A stretch of 64,000 bases of DNA from Octopus vulgaris (GCA_951406725.2 OX597820.1:30814001-30878000); one strand, 5' to 3'; positions 24,585-37,229 are shown, numbered from the stretch's first letter. The notes: generated by a model not told the origin, from the sequence alone. Numbers and translations are program-made.

Positions 24585-24800
24585 GAAGGTGGCGAGCTGG
24601 CAGAAATGCGTAGCCGTATTTCATCTGCCGTTACGTTCTGAGTTCAAATTCCGCTGAGGTCGACTTTGCCTTTCATCCTTTCGAGGTCGATAAATTAAGT
24701 ACCAGTTACGCACCGGGGTCAATATAATCGAATTAATCTGTTTGTCTGTCCTTGTTTGTCCTCTCTGTGTTTAGCCCCTTGTGGGTAGTAAAGAAATCGG
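24585..24800 (+). mobile_element. SINE family B copy
   Basis: tRNA-like head (GAGTTCAAATTCC B box) and shared central domain; similar copies at 27287-27478, 33776-33960 and 59460-59690. Confidence 0.82.
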
Positions 24801-24832
24801 TATTATTGATGAAGATATGAGGTGGGGCTTAC

Positions 24833-24964
24833 CTGTGTTGCTCATCAGCTGTGAAAGACTTCACTTTCTGAAACCACTTGTATATGTAGGGATACGTTCG
24901 AGAGTCCAGCTCTACATCTTTAACACACCGGTAGACGTCCAGGTCCAACTTTGAGGGTTCAAAC
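24833..24964 (-). CDS. ANKLE2: ANKLE2 exon (conserved C-terminal domain)
   Basis: GFEPSKLDLDVYRCVKDVELDSRTYPYIYKWFQKVKSFTADEQHS contains the EPSKLD.DV...P.I..W motif. 132 nt, phase 2/2. Not in the ORF track. Confidence 0.92.
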
Positions 24965-25779
24965 CTACAAACAGACACATTTTTGATCAACATTTTTTAA
25001 AAGCCTCAGTATGGCCATTGGGCCTGGTAGAAATATTAACCGAATTCCCTTCCAATCACATCCTACTGTCTAATGTATAGGAAAAAATACACTGGATAAT
25101 GTAGCCCTACATGTAGGTAGACTAATATCATTTAACATCTACTGAGACCTTTGGCAATAAACAGTGTTTGAGAAGACCTGTCAAGCCAAGTTAGATCGTA
25201 GTCATGGCCGATGCCTGGTGTTTCATGACTGGCACCTACTACTTTCCTGGAGTGGTTGGCGTTAGGAAGGGTATTCAGCTGTAGAAACTATGCCAAATCA
25301 GGCTGAAACCTGGTGCAGCTCCCCAGCTTTCAGTCAAACCATCGAATCCATGCCAGCATGGAAAACGGATGTTAAATGATGATTTTCTGTGCTTGCATGG
25401 ATTGGATGGAGTTTATTGACACATCTTCTACAGGCAGGTGTCCTGATGCCCTTCCTGTCACCAACTCTCATGTTTCCAAGCAAGGTTACTATTTCCCCTT
25501 CGCCAGGTAGTTTTTAACAGAATATTGGAAATGAATGACATTTATTTACATGTCAAGACAGGAAGATACAAACATAATCACAGCCATACACATACAGCGA
25601 TAGGCTTCTTTCAGATTCTGCTTACCAAATCCACTCACAAGGCTTCGATCAACCTGGAGCTCTCGCAGGGTACAATACACTAGCCCAATGTGCCGAACCA
25701 CTAAGTTATGGGGACTTAAACACACCAGCACCTGTTGTCAAGCGATGTTGGGGACAAACACAGACACACAAACATACAT

Positions 25780-25812
<33 letters not shown>

Positions 25813-27521
25813 GTAAATATGTGTACGACGGGCTTCCTTCTTTTCCCGTCTACCAAATCCACTCACAACGCTTTGGTTGGCCTGAGGCTATAGTAGAAGA
25901 CGCTTGCCCAAAGTGCCATACAGTGGGAATGAACCCAGAACCATGTGGTTGGTAAGCAATCTACTTACCACACACCCACTCTCTTAAATAGAGATGGATA
26001 AGGAGGAAGCACCAAAAGTGATATCACTAGAGACCTCATTGCTCAACACACACACACACTGTCCCCTCTTTCATAACTCCTGTAATTGTAAATTTTTAAA
26101 ATGATATTGCAGTGAGAGGTAGGATCTCACCAGTTTGAACATAAAACAGGTAAAATATTTGGGTTGGACATGGTCAGATTAAACGCTAAATGGTTAAATT
26201 CCCTGTTTTAAAATGATCTAAATCTAAAAACTTGCATCAAAATTTTTTTATGTTAATTTATGTGCCAAAAAAAACAGCTAATTAATGACAAAGTTATTTT
26301 ACTAAACTCTTCATTATTTTAAGAATTAATTAAAACACAGGCAGTCATCACTATCATCATTGTTTAACGTCCGTTTTCCATGCTAGCATGGGTTGGATGG
26401 TTCGACCGGGGTCTGGGAAGCCATGAGGCTTCACCAGGCTCCAGTCTGATCTGGCAGTGTTTCTACAGCTGGATGCCGTTCCTAACGCCAACCACTCCAT
26501 GAGTGTAGTGGGTGCCTTTTACGTGCCAGGGGAGGCTGGCAATGCCCACGACCGGTTGGTGCTTTTTATGTGCCACCAGCACGGAAGCCAGTCAAAGCGG
26601 CGCTGGCATCGGCCACATTCGGATGGTGCTTTTTATGTGCCACTGGCACAAGTATCACAACTACATTTTCCATTTGATTTTTATTTGATGTTGATGTACT
26701 TGACTCAATAGGTCTCAAGCACAGCAGGTCGCCCTAAAAAGGTTAACATCTAATTCTTCAAGCTTCAAAAATGTCATGTTCATCTTTTTCCTTAAATAGA
26801 GATGGATAAGGAGAGAGCACCAAAAGTGAGGTCACTAGAGACCTCATTGCTCAACACACACTGTTCCCTCTTTCATAACATATCATCTAGTCAAATAGTG
26901 CAGTTATGTATGCTTAGTCGTTTTAACCCTTTAATATTCAGATTACTCTGCTAAATATAAAGCTTATTTATTCATATTGTTTCAAATCAATCATGCATTA
27001 TTTTGTAGCTTCAAGATTTCAATAATGTGATTGTTTATTTTTAGAATGACATTGTAGGTGTGGGAGGTTATATATGGGAGGTAGAATATTTGGGCTGGAT
27101 ACGGCCAGTTTAAATTCTAAAGGGTCAAACAAAATCAGTATTGGAACACTGAGAGCAGTATAGGGAGATAAATGGAAAATTTGTGTGTGTGTGTGTGTAT
27201 GTGAGAGAGAGATGAGAGAAAGAAATGAGGAAGAAAAAGAGAAAAGAGGAAGAGATAGATAGATAGATAGATAAATAGATAGAGAATGTGTAGCCGTATT
27301 TCGTCTGCCGTTACATTCTGAGTTCAAATTCCGCCGAGGTCGACTTTGCCTTTCATCTTTTCGGGGTCAATAAACTAAGTACCAGTTACGCACTTTTGTC
27401 AATGTAATTGACTTAATCCTTTTGTCTGTCCTTGTTTGTCCCCTCTGTGTTTAGCCCCTTGTGGGTGGTAAAGAAACAGATAGAGAGAGAGGCCAAAAGA
27501 TCAAGCAGCAGGATTACTTAC

Positions 27522-28391
27522 CCATTAAGGTATATATTCATGACAGATTTTGACTTTGGTGGTGAACGAGCTGCTTTGGCTGGGACATCTATGTTGAGGC
27601 CAGTTGGTGAGGAGACATTTAAAAGGACGGTATCGGGGGGCAAGGTAGCATTGTCTTTCACTGGTGTTGATGGTAATAGGGGAGAAGCACTGGGTTTAGC
27701 TAAAGACACAGTGAGAGGCTGTTTGTCGTGGACATTGCCAAACACATCGCTAAGGTTTGAAAATGTGGTGTAGATGGAATGTTGGTGATCATCTTTTGAG
27801 TCAACAGAGTCCATCCACGCAGCATTGCTAGTTACAGAACCATCGGAATCTGCGCTACCGCCAACGATGACCAGTTTGGTGCCAAACTCTTTGGCAAGTG
27901 AGTCCATAATCTCATTAAAGTCTTTCACGCCAGATAATTTTTTATGACTTTTAAAATGCTTGTTGATTGAGACGAACATTTTGTTCGACTGGCCTTCTTT
28001 AGCCTGCTCCTCCTCTTCTTTTTCCTTTTCAGTTACAACTACAACTGGCAAACAAATATTTATATCACAATTATCTTCCTGCTTTTTACTTTGCTGCTGA
28101 CATGTAGAAGAATCACTAGAATTTAGCGATTGGCCAAAACCAGAAACATTTTTGTTGCTGTCAACAGTAAACATGTTCTTGAGTGATTTTATTGACTCAA
28201 TAGTTTTCTGTGAAGTGATGTTTTCAGTTATATAAAGAGCTTCCAGGCTGCGGTGAACATTGAATGTTAAGAACTGGTTTTGGAGATAGGTCTCGAGCTT
28301 CTCAAGCCCGTCAGGTTTAGAAATATCAGTGTAAGAATCCAAAAAGTCCCAATATTCTCGCCAGTCGAATTTGCATTTTTGAGCAAGTTGT
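27522..28391 (-). CDS. ANKLE2: ANKLE2 large exon
   Basis: QLAQKCKFDWREYWDFLDSYTDISKPDGLEKLETYL (W.EYW.FL motif), then a long low-complexity S/T/P-rich region ending IYLNG. 870 nt, phase 2/2. Confidence 0.93.
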
Positions 28392-28677
28392 CTGTGGAAA
28401 GAAAAAGAATGACACAAAAATATTTTTTTTAAAAAAGTGATTAAACACTCAAATGCATAATTATTATCAGAAAAATACAATTCAATAAACAAGAGTGGTA
28501 GAAAAATAAAATAATACTAATAAAGATAAACTGAACTACAAAACCTCATCTTTGCCCTCCATTCAATGCCAAATCATGCAGAAAGTTAAAAGGTACAACA
28601 AACATAGCATGTTTATTAAGTAGACTGGAGCCTGGTACAGCCTTCCAGCTTACCAGTTCCAGTCAAAGCGTCTAACC

Positions 28678-28935
28678 CAAGGGTTCTCAACCATTTTTTT
28701 ACCTATGGATTCCTTCAATTTCTATTTTATTCTGGTGGACCCCTACAGCCATTTAATGTTTAAAATCTAGTTATAGAAACGCCTTTCATAATTCCTATTT
28801 TGTTTTTCACATGTTAACTTGTGTAGGTTGAACTATGTAACATGTCAGAAAAAGAATACCATTGTGGCTCCCAATTTACTATTTTATTGCACGAACTCCC
28901 AAAAATCATATATGGACCCTGGTTGAGAACCACTG
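28678..28935. mobile_element. hAT (Charlie-like) MITE inserted in a family D element
   Basis: TIRs CAAGGGTTCTCAACC / GGTTGAGAACCACTG; perfect TSD GTCTAACC at 28670-28677 and 28936-28943. Related copy at about 57788-58555. Confidence 0.85.
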
Positions 28936-29009
28936 GTCTAACCCATGACAGTATGGAAAATGAATACTAAATGACGATGATGACTGTGTGGTTAAGAAGT
29001 TTACTTCCC

Positions 29010-29956
29010 AAGTGTGGTAAGTAGCTTGCTTACCAACCACATGGTTCTGGGTTCAGTCCCACTGCATGGCACCATGGGCAAGTGTCTTCTGCTATAGCCT
29101 TGGGCCGACCAAAGTCTTGTGAGTGGATTTGGTAGACAGAAACTGAAAGAAGCCCGTCGTATATATGTTGTATCTCTTTACTCTTTTACTTGTTTCAGTC
29201 ATTTCACTGCGGCCATGCTGGAGCACCGCCTTTAATCGCCAGTACTTATTCTATTGGTCTCTTTTGCCGAACCACTAAGTAACGGGGACATAAACACACC
29301 AGCAATGCTAGGGGGACAAACACAGACACACGAACACACACACACATCATCATCATCATCATCATCGTTTAACGTCCGTTCTCCATGCTAGCATGGGTTG
29401 GACGGTTCGACCGGGGTTCTGGGAAGCCAGAAGGCTGCACCAGGCTCCAGTCTAATCTGGCAATGTTTCTACAGCTGGATGCCCTTCCTAACGCCAACCA
29501 CTCCGTGAGTGTAGTGGGTGCTTTTATATATATATACATATATACGACGGGCTTCTGTCAGTTTCCGTCTACCAAATCCACTCACAAGGCTTTGGTTGGC
29601 CCGAGGCTATAGTTGAAGACACTTGCCCAAGGTGCCACGCAGTGGGACTGAACCCGGAACCATGTGGTTGGTAAACAAACTACTTACCACACAGCCACTC
29701 CTGCGCCTGCGTATATGTATTATATATATATATATATGCGTGTATATGTTTGTGTGTATGTATGTGTATATGTTTCTGTGTCTGTGTTTGTCCCCCCAAC
29801 ATCGCTTGACAACCAATGCTGGTGGGGCAAAAGAGAGCGATAGTATAAGTATTAGGCTTACAAAGAATAAGTCCTGGGGGTCAATTTGCTCGACTAAAGG
29901 CGGTGCTCCAGCATGGCCACAGTCACATGACTGAAACAAGTAAAAGAGTAAAGAGA
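29010..29956. mobile_element. Nested cluster: SINE A (+) interrupted by SINE A (-), itself interrupted by a family D element
   Basis: Plus copy 5' half 29010-29168 and 3' half 29715-29956; minus copy 29172-29710; family D insert 29346-29527. Confidence 0.85.
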
Positions 29957-30601
29957 GCCTTGTGACTTTGGGTTCAGTCTCACTGAGACTGAATGGCTGC
30001 CTGGACAAGTGTATTCTACTATATCCCCAGGTTATGTGCATATGCATGTGTGCACATACATGTGTATGCGTCCATGTGTTTGTTTACATCTACCACTTGC
30101 TTATGCAACAGTCACAACGTTTATGCAGTGTTCTGTTGGATTTTCTTCTCTTAAATGATCAGCCACTTGCTTCACATCTTCAAAAGCTGTGGAATAAAAG
30201 GTCCCTTACTTGAAAATAGCTGTGTTAGCATCAGAAAGGATATCAGAATTGCCATTATAAAAGCAATGTTATTCGATTTCAATCTTCAGTGGAAAACATC
30301 TATGGCCATGGAGAAATATTACCTAGTTTGGAAACAGATGAGGGTTGGCAACCAGAAAGGAATCCATCCTTAGGAAATCTGCCTCAACAAATTCTGTCTG
30401 ACCCATGCAAGCATAGATAAGTGGACGTTAAAACAATGATGATAATGATGTGGCTGTGTGGTAAGAAGTTTGCTTCTTAACCACATGGTATGAGGTTCAG
30501 TCTCACCGCACAGTACCTTGGGAAAGTGTCTTCTACTATAGCTCCTGGCCAACTAATACTGTGTAAGTGGATTTGGTGGATGGAAATTGAAAGAAGCCTA
30601 T

Positions 30602-30654
<53 letters not shown>

Positions 30655-31650
30655 GTCTGTGTCTCTCTTTGTGCCTGTATTTGTCCCCCATCATTGTGTT
30701 GGTTTAGCATTACTAAAGACTTTCTGTTCATATAGTATCTATGTAACAAAATGGCATTGGGGAGCATATTTCACTTCAAATAAGCTACATGAAACAAAGG
30801 ATTTAAAATTACTGCTGCAAGCTAATTAATTAGTATTCCTTCCTACTGCTCACAGTGGTGAGCAGTACCAAGCAATTTAATTAATTTACATCTAAGTAAG
30901 CTGAGCCATTTAAGAGTGCAGTGTCTTGACAACGGACAACATGACATATCACATCAGTAATAACGAAAGAGGAATCCAACAACAGCAGCATGCTTAATAG
31001 ATAAGAATGTGGCTATGTGGTAAAGAAGCTACCCATTGCATCTGTGGTGTTCCAGCTTTGGCGTTTTGGATGTCTTCTACCATAGCACTGAAATTTTCTA
31101 GCTAAAAAGTACCCATGTCAGTGCCACGTAAAAAGCACCTGTAATGGTGCCGCATAAAGAGCATCCATGCTGATGTTGATGTAAAAATCATCCAGTACAC
31201 TCTGTAAAATGGTTGGTGTTAAGAAGGGTATCTAGCTATAGAAACCATACCAAAGCAGACTATTGGGGCCTGTTGTAGCTCTTTGGCTGGCCAGCTCCTG
31301 TCAAACCATCCAATCCATGCCAGCATGGGAAACAGATATTAAACAATGATGAGAAGTAGCTGTAGAAAAGCCCAACCAACCAGCCTCTGCATAATTTGTC
31401 TAAAATATAGTCATTTATTGTATATAATATATGTATATATTTACTTGTTTCAGTCATTGGAGTGAGGCTATTCTGAGACTCCACCTTGAAGGATTTAAGC
31501 AAACAAATCAGTCCCAGCACTTACATTTCTGCCTGCCAAATTTACTACAAGGAATTGATTAGCCCAGGACTATAGTAGAAGACACTTGCTCAAGGTGCCT
31601 CACAATCTGACTGGACTTGACACGACTTGGTTGTGAAGTGAGCTTTTTAT

Positions 31651-32040
31651 GTAGGCGCAGGAGTGGTTGTGTTGTAAGTAGCTTGCTTACCAACCACATG
31701 GTTCCGGGTTCAGTCCCACTGCGTGGCATCTTGGGCAAGTGTCTTCAACTATAGCCTCGGGCCAACCAAAGCCTTGTGAGTGGATTTGGTAGACGGAAAC
31801 TGAAAGAAGCCCGTCGTATATATGTATATATATATATGTTTGTGTGTCTGTGTTTGTCCCCCTAGCATTGCTTGACAACCGATGCTGGTGTGTTTACGTC
31901 CCCATCACTTAGCGGTTCGGCAAAAGAGACCGATAGAATAAGTACTGGGCTTACAAAGAATAAGTCCTGGGGTCGATTTGTTCGACTAAAGGCGGTGCTC
32001 CAGCATGGCCGCAGTCAAATGACTGAAACAAGTAAAAGAG
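31651..32040 (+). mobile_element. SINE family A, full-length copy
   Basis: Starts GTAGGCGCAGGAGTGG; colinear with other copies through the tail. Confidence 0.9.
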
Positions 32041-32141
32041 ATATATATACATATATAAAATTCATAGATAAGAATCACATATTCTCCGCATAGAATACAC
32101 CCAGTAGTGCTCAAGAGGTTTAAACTTGAATGGGTAGAAGA

Positions 32142-32532
32142 GTAAATGTAAGGGTAAACAAGTTAGGCAAGTCGATATACAAAGAATATTAAATTCAATA
32201 AATACAAAAAAAGTATATATATGTTTACATACAAAATGTTCAACTTACACAGAATAGAAATGATATCAAGAATTCAAGGGGTTGAAGAAGAGTATCACAA
32301 ATCCAACAGCTATTTCTGGGGGCTTGGTGGTTCAAAATAAAGATTGCTTATAGATTAAAACCCCCAGAAACAGCTGTTGGATTTGTAGTACTCTTCTTCA
32401 ACCCCTTTAATTATTGATATCATTTCTATTCTGTGTAAGCTGAACATTTTGTATGTAAACATATATATACTTTTTTTGTATTTAATATTCTTTGTATATC
32501 AACCTGCTTATCTTGCTTACCCTTACATTTAC
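32142..32532. repeat. Inverted repeat (arms about 175 bp, 38-bp spacer)
   Basis: 32142-32322 versus 32361-32532. Confidence 0.9.
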
Positions 32533-33236
32533 ACCTATATACATATAAATAACCATATCATCATTTAATGTCTGTCTTCTATGCTGGCATAGGTTTGACA
32601 TGAATTGATTAGCCTGAGGACTGTATTATACTTCAATGTCTGCCTTGGCATGGTTTCAATAGCTGGATTCTATTCCTCATGCCAACCACTTTACAGAGTT
32701 GTATATAGGCTGGCAAACTTCCACAATCCCAGTGAATATTTTATTCACTGTTTCCTGTATATTCAGGCATGAATTTAATTTAAGCAGGTGCCAATGGAGT
32801 TCATGGCACTGATAAAACTCAAGAAAGGCAAAACACATTTGCCATTCTTGTGAGTCACTGCAACAACAATATTCATCTCACTCCAATAAGCACTGTGTTG
32901 AAAACACAGCAAGTCTATAGCGAGATTTTTATCTCAGACAACAAGTGACACTGTCATACAAACTGCATCATTCATTTCTAGTATTGTGGGAGGAAATATT
33001 ACCTTTCTTGGAAGCAGGTAAAGGTTGGCTGGAAGTTAACTGGGCTGTAGCCAATTTGCCTCAATACACTGTCCAACCCACGGAAGCATTGAAAAGTGGA
33101 CATTTAAAACAACAATGACGATATATATACACACACACATACATATATATATACATACATACACACACTCATATAAGATATAAGTAGCAAGAAAGAGAGA
33201 GAGAGACAGAAAAAGTAGATGAAAAAAGATAGTTAC

Positions 33237-33334
33237 CGTCCAATACGCTCATATCCTTTCTCTTGGTCAGATCTCAGATCATCAATAGTCTCCTTATCTC
33301 GGGAAGGTTTCCAATTCCTTCTGAACTCATTAGC
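33237..33334 (-). CDS. ANKLE2: ANKLE2 exon
   Basis: ANEFRRNWKPSRDKETIDDLRSDQEKGYERIGR contains the F...WK and D.E.G.ER.GR motifs. 98 nt, phase 0/2. Not in the ORF track. Confidence 0.9.
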
Positions 33335-33552
33335 CTAATGAAAAGAGAAACAGTGAAAGTGTGTGTGTCAGAGAGAGAGAGAAAGAGAAAAGTGATGGTA
33401 TCTCTCTTTCTTTCTAACAATCCTACATGGCATTACAAACATTTAATTCTTTTGTGACTGTATTTCTGTTGAAATACATTGCTTTCATTTCAATTGGTTT
33501 TGAAAATAATCAAGAAATTAGTAAAATAACTATCATTATTAAATGGGTTTAA

Positions 33553-33773
33553 CCCTTTAGTGTTCACATTATTCTGCCAAAATTAATCCTTTTTTATCCA
33601 CATTGTTTTGAACTAATCATGCATTATCTTGTGGCTTTGAGATTTTGATGAGGTAGCTGTTAATTTTTAAAACAATATTGTAGGGTTGGTGTGAGAGACC
33701 AGATCTGGCCAGTTTGAACATAAAACAGGCAAAATACTTTTGGCCGGATTTGGCCAGTTTAAATGCTAAAGGG
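33553..33773. mobile_element. Short TTAA MITE
   Basis: TTAA TSD and CCCTTTAG TIR at both ends. Confidence 0.85.
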
Positions 33774-34439
33774 TTAAGGCAGTGAGCTGGCAGAATTGTT
33801 AGCTGTGTTCTGAGTTCAAATTCTGTCATGGTTGACTTTGCCTTTCATCCTTTCGGGGGTCGATAAATTGAGTACCAGCGAAACACTGGGATCGATGTAA
33901 TCGACTAACCCACCCACTCCCACCAAATTTCAGGCCTTGTGCTTATAATAGAAGGGATTATTAAACTGGAGTTTGGCACATAAATTATCACGAAATATTA
34001 TTCTATTGTTCTCTTTTGCTGAGGAGGTGGGGGGGGGGTCTACCAGATAGCAATGATACAGAGGAACAGGGCTGTGAGGACAAGATCAGGGAGCAAGAGC
34101 TAGGCATAGTGTATGAAGGAGGAAATATGAGGAAGAGAAGAGATGTAATTGGTTTGTTGGGGTAGGGCGTGTGAAAATTTTTCTTGTTACATGTGGGTGG
34201 AATACACAAATCAGGAGCTAGCAGATAGCAATGATACAGTGAGACAGGGCATGTGGGTGGAACACACAGGTTAGGGGCACAGTGCCTAGAGGACAGGATT
34301 GGGGAGTGGGAGGTAAGCATAGTGCATGAAGTGGAAATCTGAGGAAGAGAAGAGATGTAGAGATGTAGTTTGGTTTGTTGTGGTAGAGTGTGTGAGAAGT
34401 TTTCATGTTAAGTGTGGTTGGGACATACAACGCTTCTAG

Positions 34440-34715
34440 AACTCAGTTTTGCTGATGTGGGAGGGTCTTCTCAAGAACTTCATATCGCCAGACATCTCAG
34501 TCTATTGTCATTTCTTCTGTGAGGCCCAACATCCTGAGATTGGTCATTACCACTTCATCCCATGTCTTCCTGCATCTCTTTCTTCTGCAGGTACCATCTA
34601 CTTTCAGTGATCAGCACTTTTTTATGTAACTGTCCTCATTCATACACACCACATGTCCAAACCAATGTCATCTTCTCTCTTGCATGCTACATTCGACTCC
34701 TCTTATGCCCAACTT
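34440..34715 (-). mobile_element. RTE-clade LINE 3' fragment
   Basis: Minus strand reads LGIRGVECSMQERR*HWFGHVV..NEDS...KTWDEVV, ending in a W.YEVLEKT-like segment. Confidence 0.7.
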
Positions 34716-34737
34716 TTATATATATATAAATATATAT

Positions 34738-35028
34738 CACCGTGACCGACAAGGCTATCAGATGTTGCTACACATTGCTGGTCACAATGCGCTTCGTATT
34801 GATTTAGCCTTCAAATGACGCCACCCCATCGGCTAAGCGAGCATAGAAGAAAGATTGAGAGAGAAAGTTGTGGCGAAAGAGTACAGCAGGGATCGCCACC
34901 AAACCCTGCCTCATGGAGCTTTAGGTGTTTTCGCTCAATAAACAATCACAACGCCCGGTCTGGGAATCGAAAACACGATCCTACGACTGCGAGTCCGCTG
35001 CCCTAACCACTGGGCCATTGCGCCTCCA
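34738..35028 (-). mobile_element. SINE family C with a third type of 3' part
   Basis: Head and body as in 4426-4799, different tail; sits in a (TA)/(CA) microsatellite. Confidence 0.82.
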
Positions 35029-35041
35029 CACACACATATAT

Positions 35042-35310
35042 ATTTTAAAAAAGTGATTAAACACTCAAATGCATAATTATTATCTGAAAAATATAATTCA
35101 ATAAACAAAAGAGTTGTAGAAAAATAAAATAAAACTAGTAAAGATAAACTGAACTACAAAACCTCATCTCTACCACTTCATTCAATGCCAAATCATGTAG
35201 AAAGTTAAAAGGTACAACAAAAATAGCATGTTTATTAGGTAGACTGGACACTGGTACAGCCCTCCAGCTTACCAGTTCCAGTCAAAGCATCTAACCCAAG
35301 GGTTCTCAAC
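35042..35310 (+). repeat. Direct duplication of intronic segment 28425-28692
   Basis: About 270 bp colinear, from aaaaaagtgattaaacactc to ctaacccaagggttctcaac. Confidence 0.9.
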
Positions 35311-35612
35311 ATACAGTACGTGCAGGACTAACTGGGCATGTTTTATATGCATGTGATTCAAGTGTGTGGTAGTGTTCATTGGGAGAGGGAAAAGGAGGAA
35401 TGGAAAAACAAAATTAAAATCTAATAAAAATAATAAAAAAAAAGATGTGAAAGAGAAAAGAGAGAAAAAAGTACAAGTACTGGAATAAAGGGAAATAATA
35501 AGGCTGAGAAGTAAGCAAGGCTGAAGGGAAAATACAGAGTAAGGAGATGAGGAAAGGCAGGGGAAAAAAAAAAAGCAAGAGAGGCATCAAAGATAAAAAT
35601 AGAATAAGTTAC

Positions 35613-35821
35613 CTGATCAGGGGACATTGGCCCAGCATAAGCTTTGACAACACTGGACAACATACGAGAGCTCAGTGGTGACCCTTCGGGGGAGTCAACT
35701 GAAGGCACTTGATTGAAAGGTGGACTCTGAGCATCACAAGTATACACTGGACTGCAAGGTTGACCTATTCGAGGTGGGCTTAGGTTATCTTCATCTCTAT
35801 ATAAAGGCACATAACAGCGTT
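35613..35821 (-). CDS. ANKLE2: ANKLE2 exon
   Basis: ERCYVPLYRDEDNLSPPRIGQPCSP...VKAYAGPMSPDQ contains the YVPL.R and A.AGP.SP motifs. 209 nt, phase 1/0. Confidence 0.92.
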
Positions 35822-36223
35822 CTGAAAAACAGTAATAAAAATTTATGTATATATTATATATATATAGTATATATATTTTATGAGACGAATGTATGTATGT
35901 TTGTCCTTTTAATTGGAATTTTTTCCTTAGATTCCTAATGACTTTTCTTCTTTGCTTGCAAATTTTTTAAAAAGGTCATATAAGTATGAAAGCTTGTATT
36001 GAAATAATCAGTATATGACTTAACTTATTAAACAAAGTTCAACAAATTCATTTATATTTATGAAATGACTGAGACTGGATATTAAAACAGATTATAATTT
36101 TTATTTTTCATATTCCTATACAGTTGTTTCATACAAATGGACAAAGGTATTCATAAACAGAACATCGCAATGAGCCAAATTTGTATTCATCAGTAGGTAA
36201 TATTAAAAGGAAAATAAAAAGAT

Positions 36224-36291
36224 GGTGCTAATATATCTAATATTTAATTTGACTTGAGGAAGTCAAATTAAATATTAGATATATTAGCACC
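36224..36291. repeat. Perfect hairpin, 32-bp stem and 4-nt loop
   Basis: ggtgctaatatatctaatatttaatttgactt-gagg-aagtcaaattaaatattagatatattagcacc. Confidence 0.95.
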
Positions 36292-36429
36292 TATGCCCTT
36301 AGTTATCAACAAAAACAAGAATACAACTATAAATGCAACAAGAACAAAAAATAATATAAAACAAATATAAAATTGACAGTAAAAATAGCGTAAGAGAAAT
36401 ATATATATATATATACATGATGTAGGTAC

Positions 36430-36487
36430 CTTCTAAGAATCTCTCAATCTGTTTCCTTGAAGAAGCACTAATTGATTCTGGTATCAA
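36430..36487 (-). CDS. ANKLE2: ANKLE2 short exon
   Basis: LIPESISASSRKQIERFLE. 58 nt, phase 0/1, bridges the frames of the flanking exons. Confidence 0.82.
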
Positions 36488-37229
36488 CTGCAATGAAATA
36501 ATACAAAAACACTTTCCTGAAATATAGATTACTGATGTACATGTGGATGCAAGTTCATTCATTCATTCATTCACACACACACACACACACACACACATTG
36601 TGTTAACCACCATGGCTTGTTACCAGATATTTAAATAATATGAGTACTAAATCATCATCATTTAACATCCGTTTTCCATGCTAGCATGGGTTGGACGATT
36701 TGACTGAGGACTGGCGAACCAGATGACTGCACCAGGCTCCAATCTTGATCTGGCAGAGTTTCTACAGCTGAATGCCCTTCCTAACGCCAACCACTCCGAG
36801 AGTGTAGTGGGTGATTTTACATGCCACTGGCACAAGGGCCAGTCAAGCGGTACAGGCAACGGTCACGGTCAAATGGTGTTTTTTACGTGCCACCTGCACA
36901 GGAGCCAGCCCAGCAGCACTGGCATCATGAAATATTGTAAAAATGCAAAAAAATTACATGATGCACTATCTGGTCAAGGAATTGAAACCATGATTTCACA
37001 ATGGTGAGTGCAACAGCCTAACCACAAGGTCATGTGCCCTCGTATATATACACACACACACACTAGCAACCCTTTCTACCCACCTACTTGTATGCTGCTA
37101 ACAACATACTACTATTGCAATTCCCACTACCTACTACACACATTCTTCCTCAAAAAAGAAAATCAATTTTACACGCAACAACTGTAACGCATTCAAAACA
37201 AAAGGTACAAAAAGCAGGAAGCAACTCAC

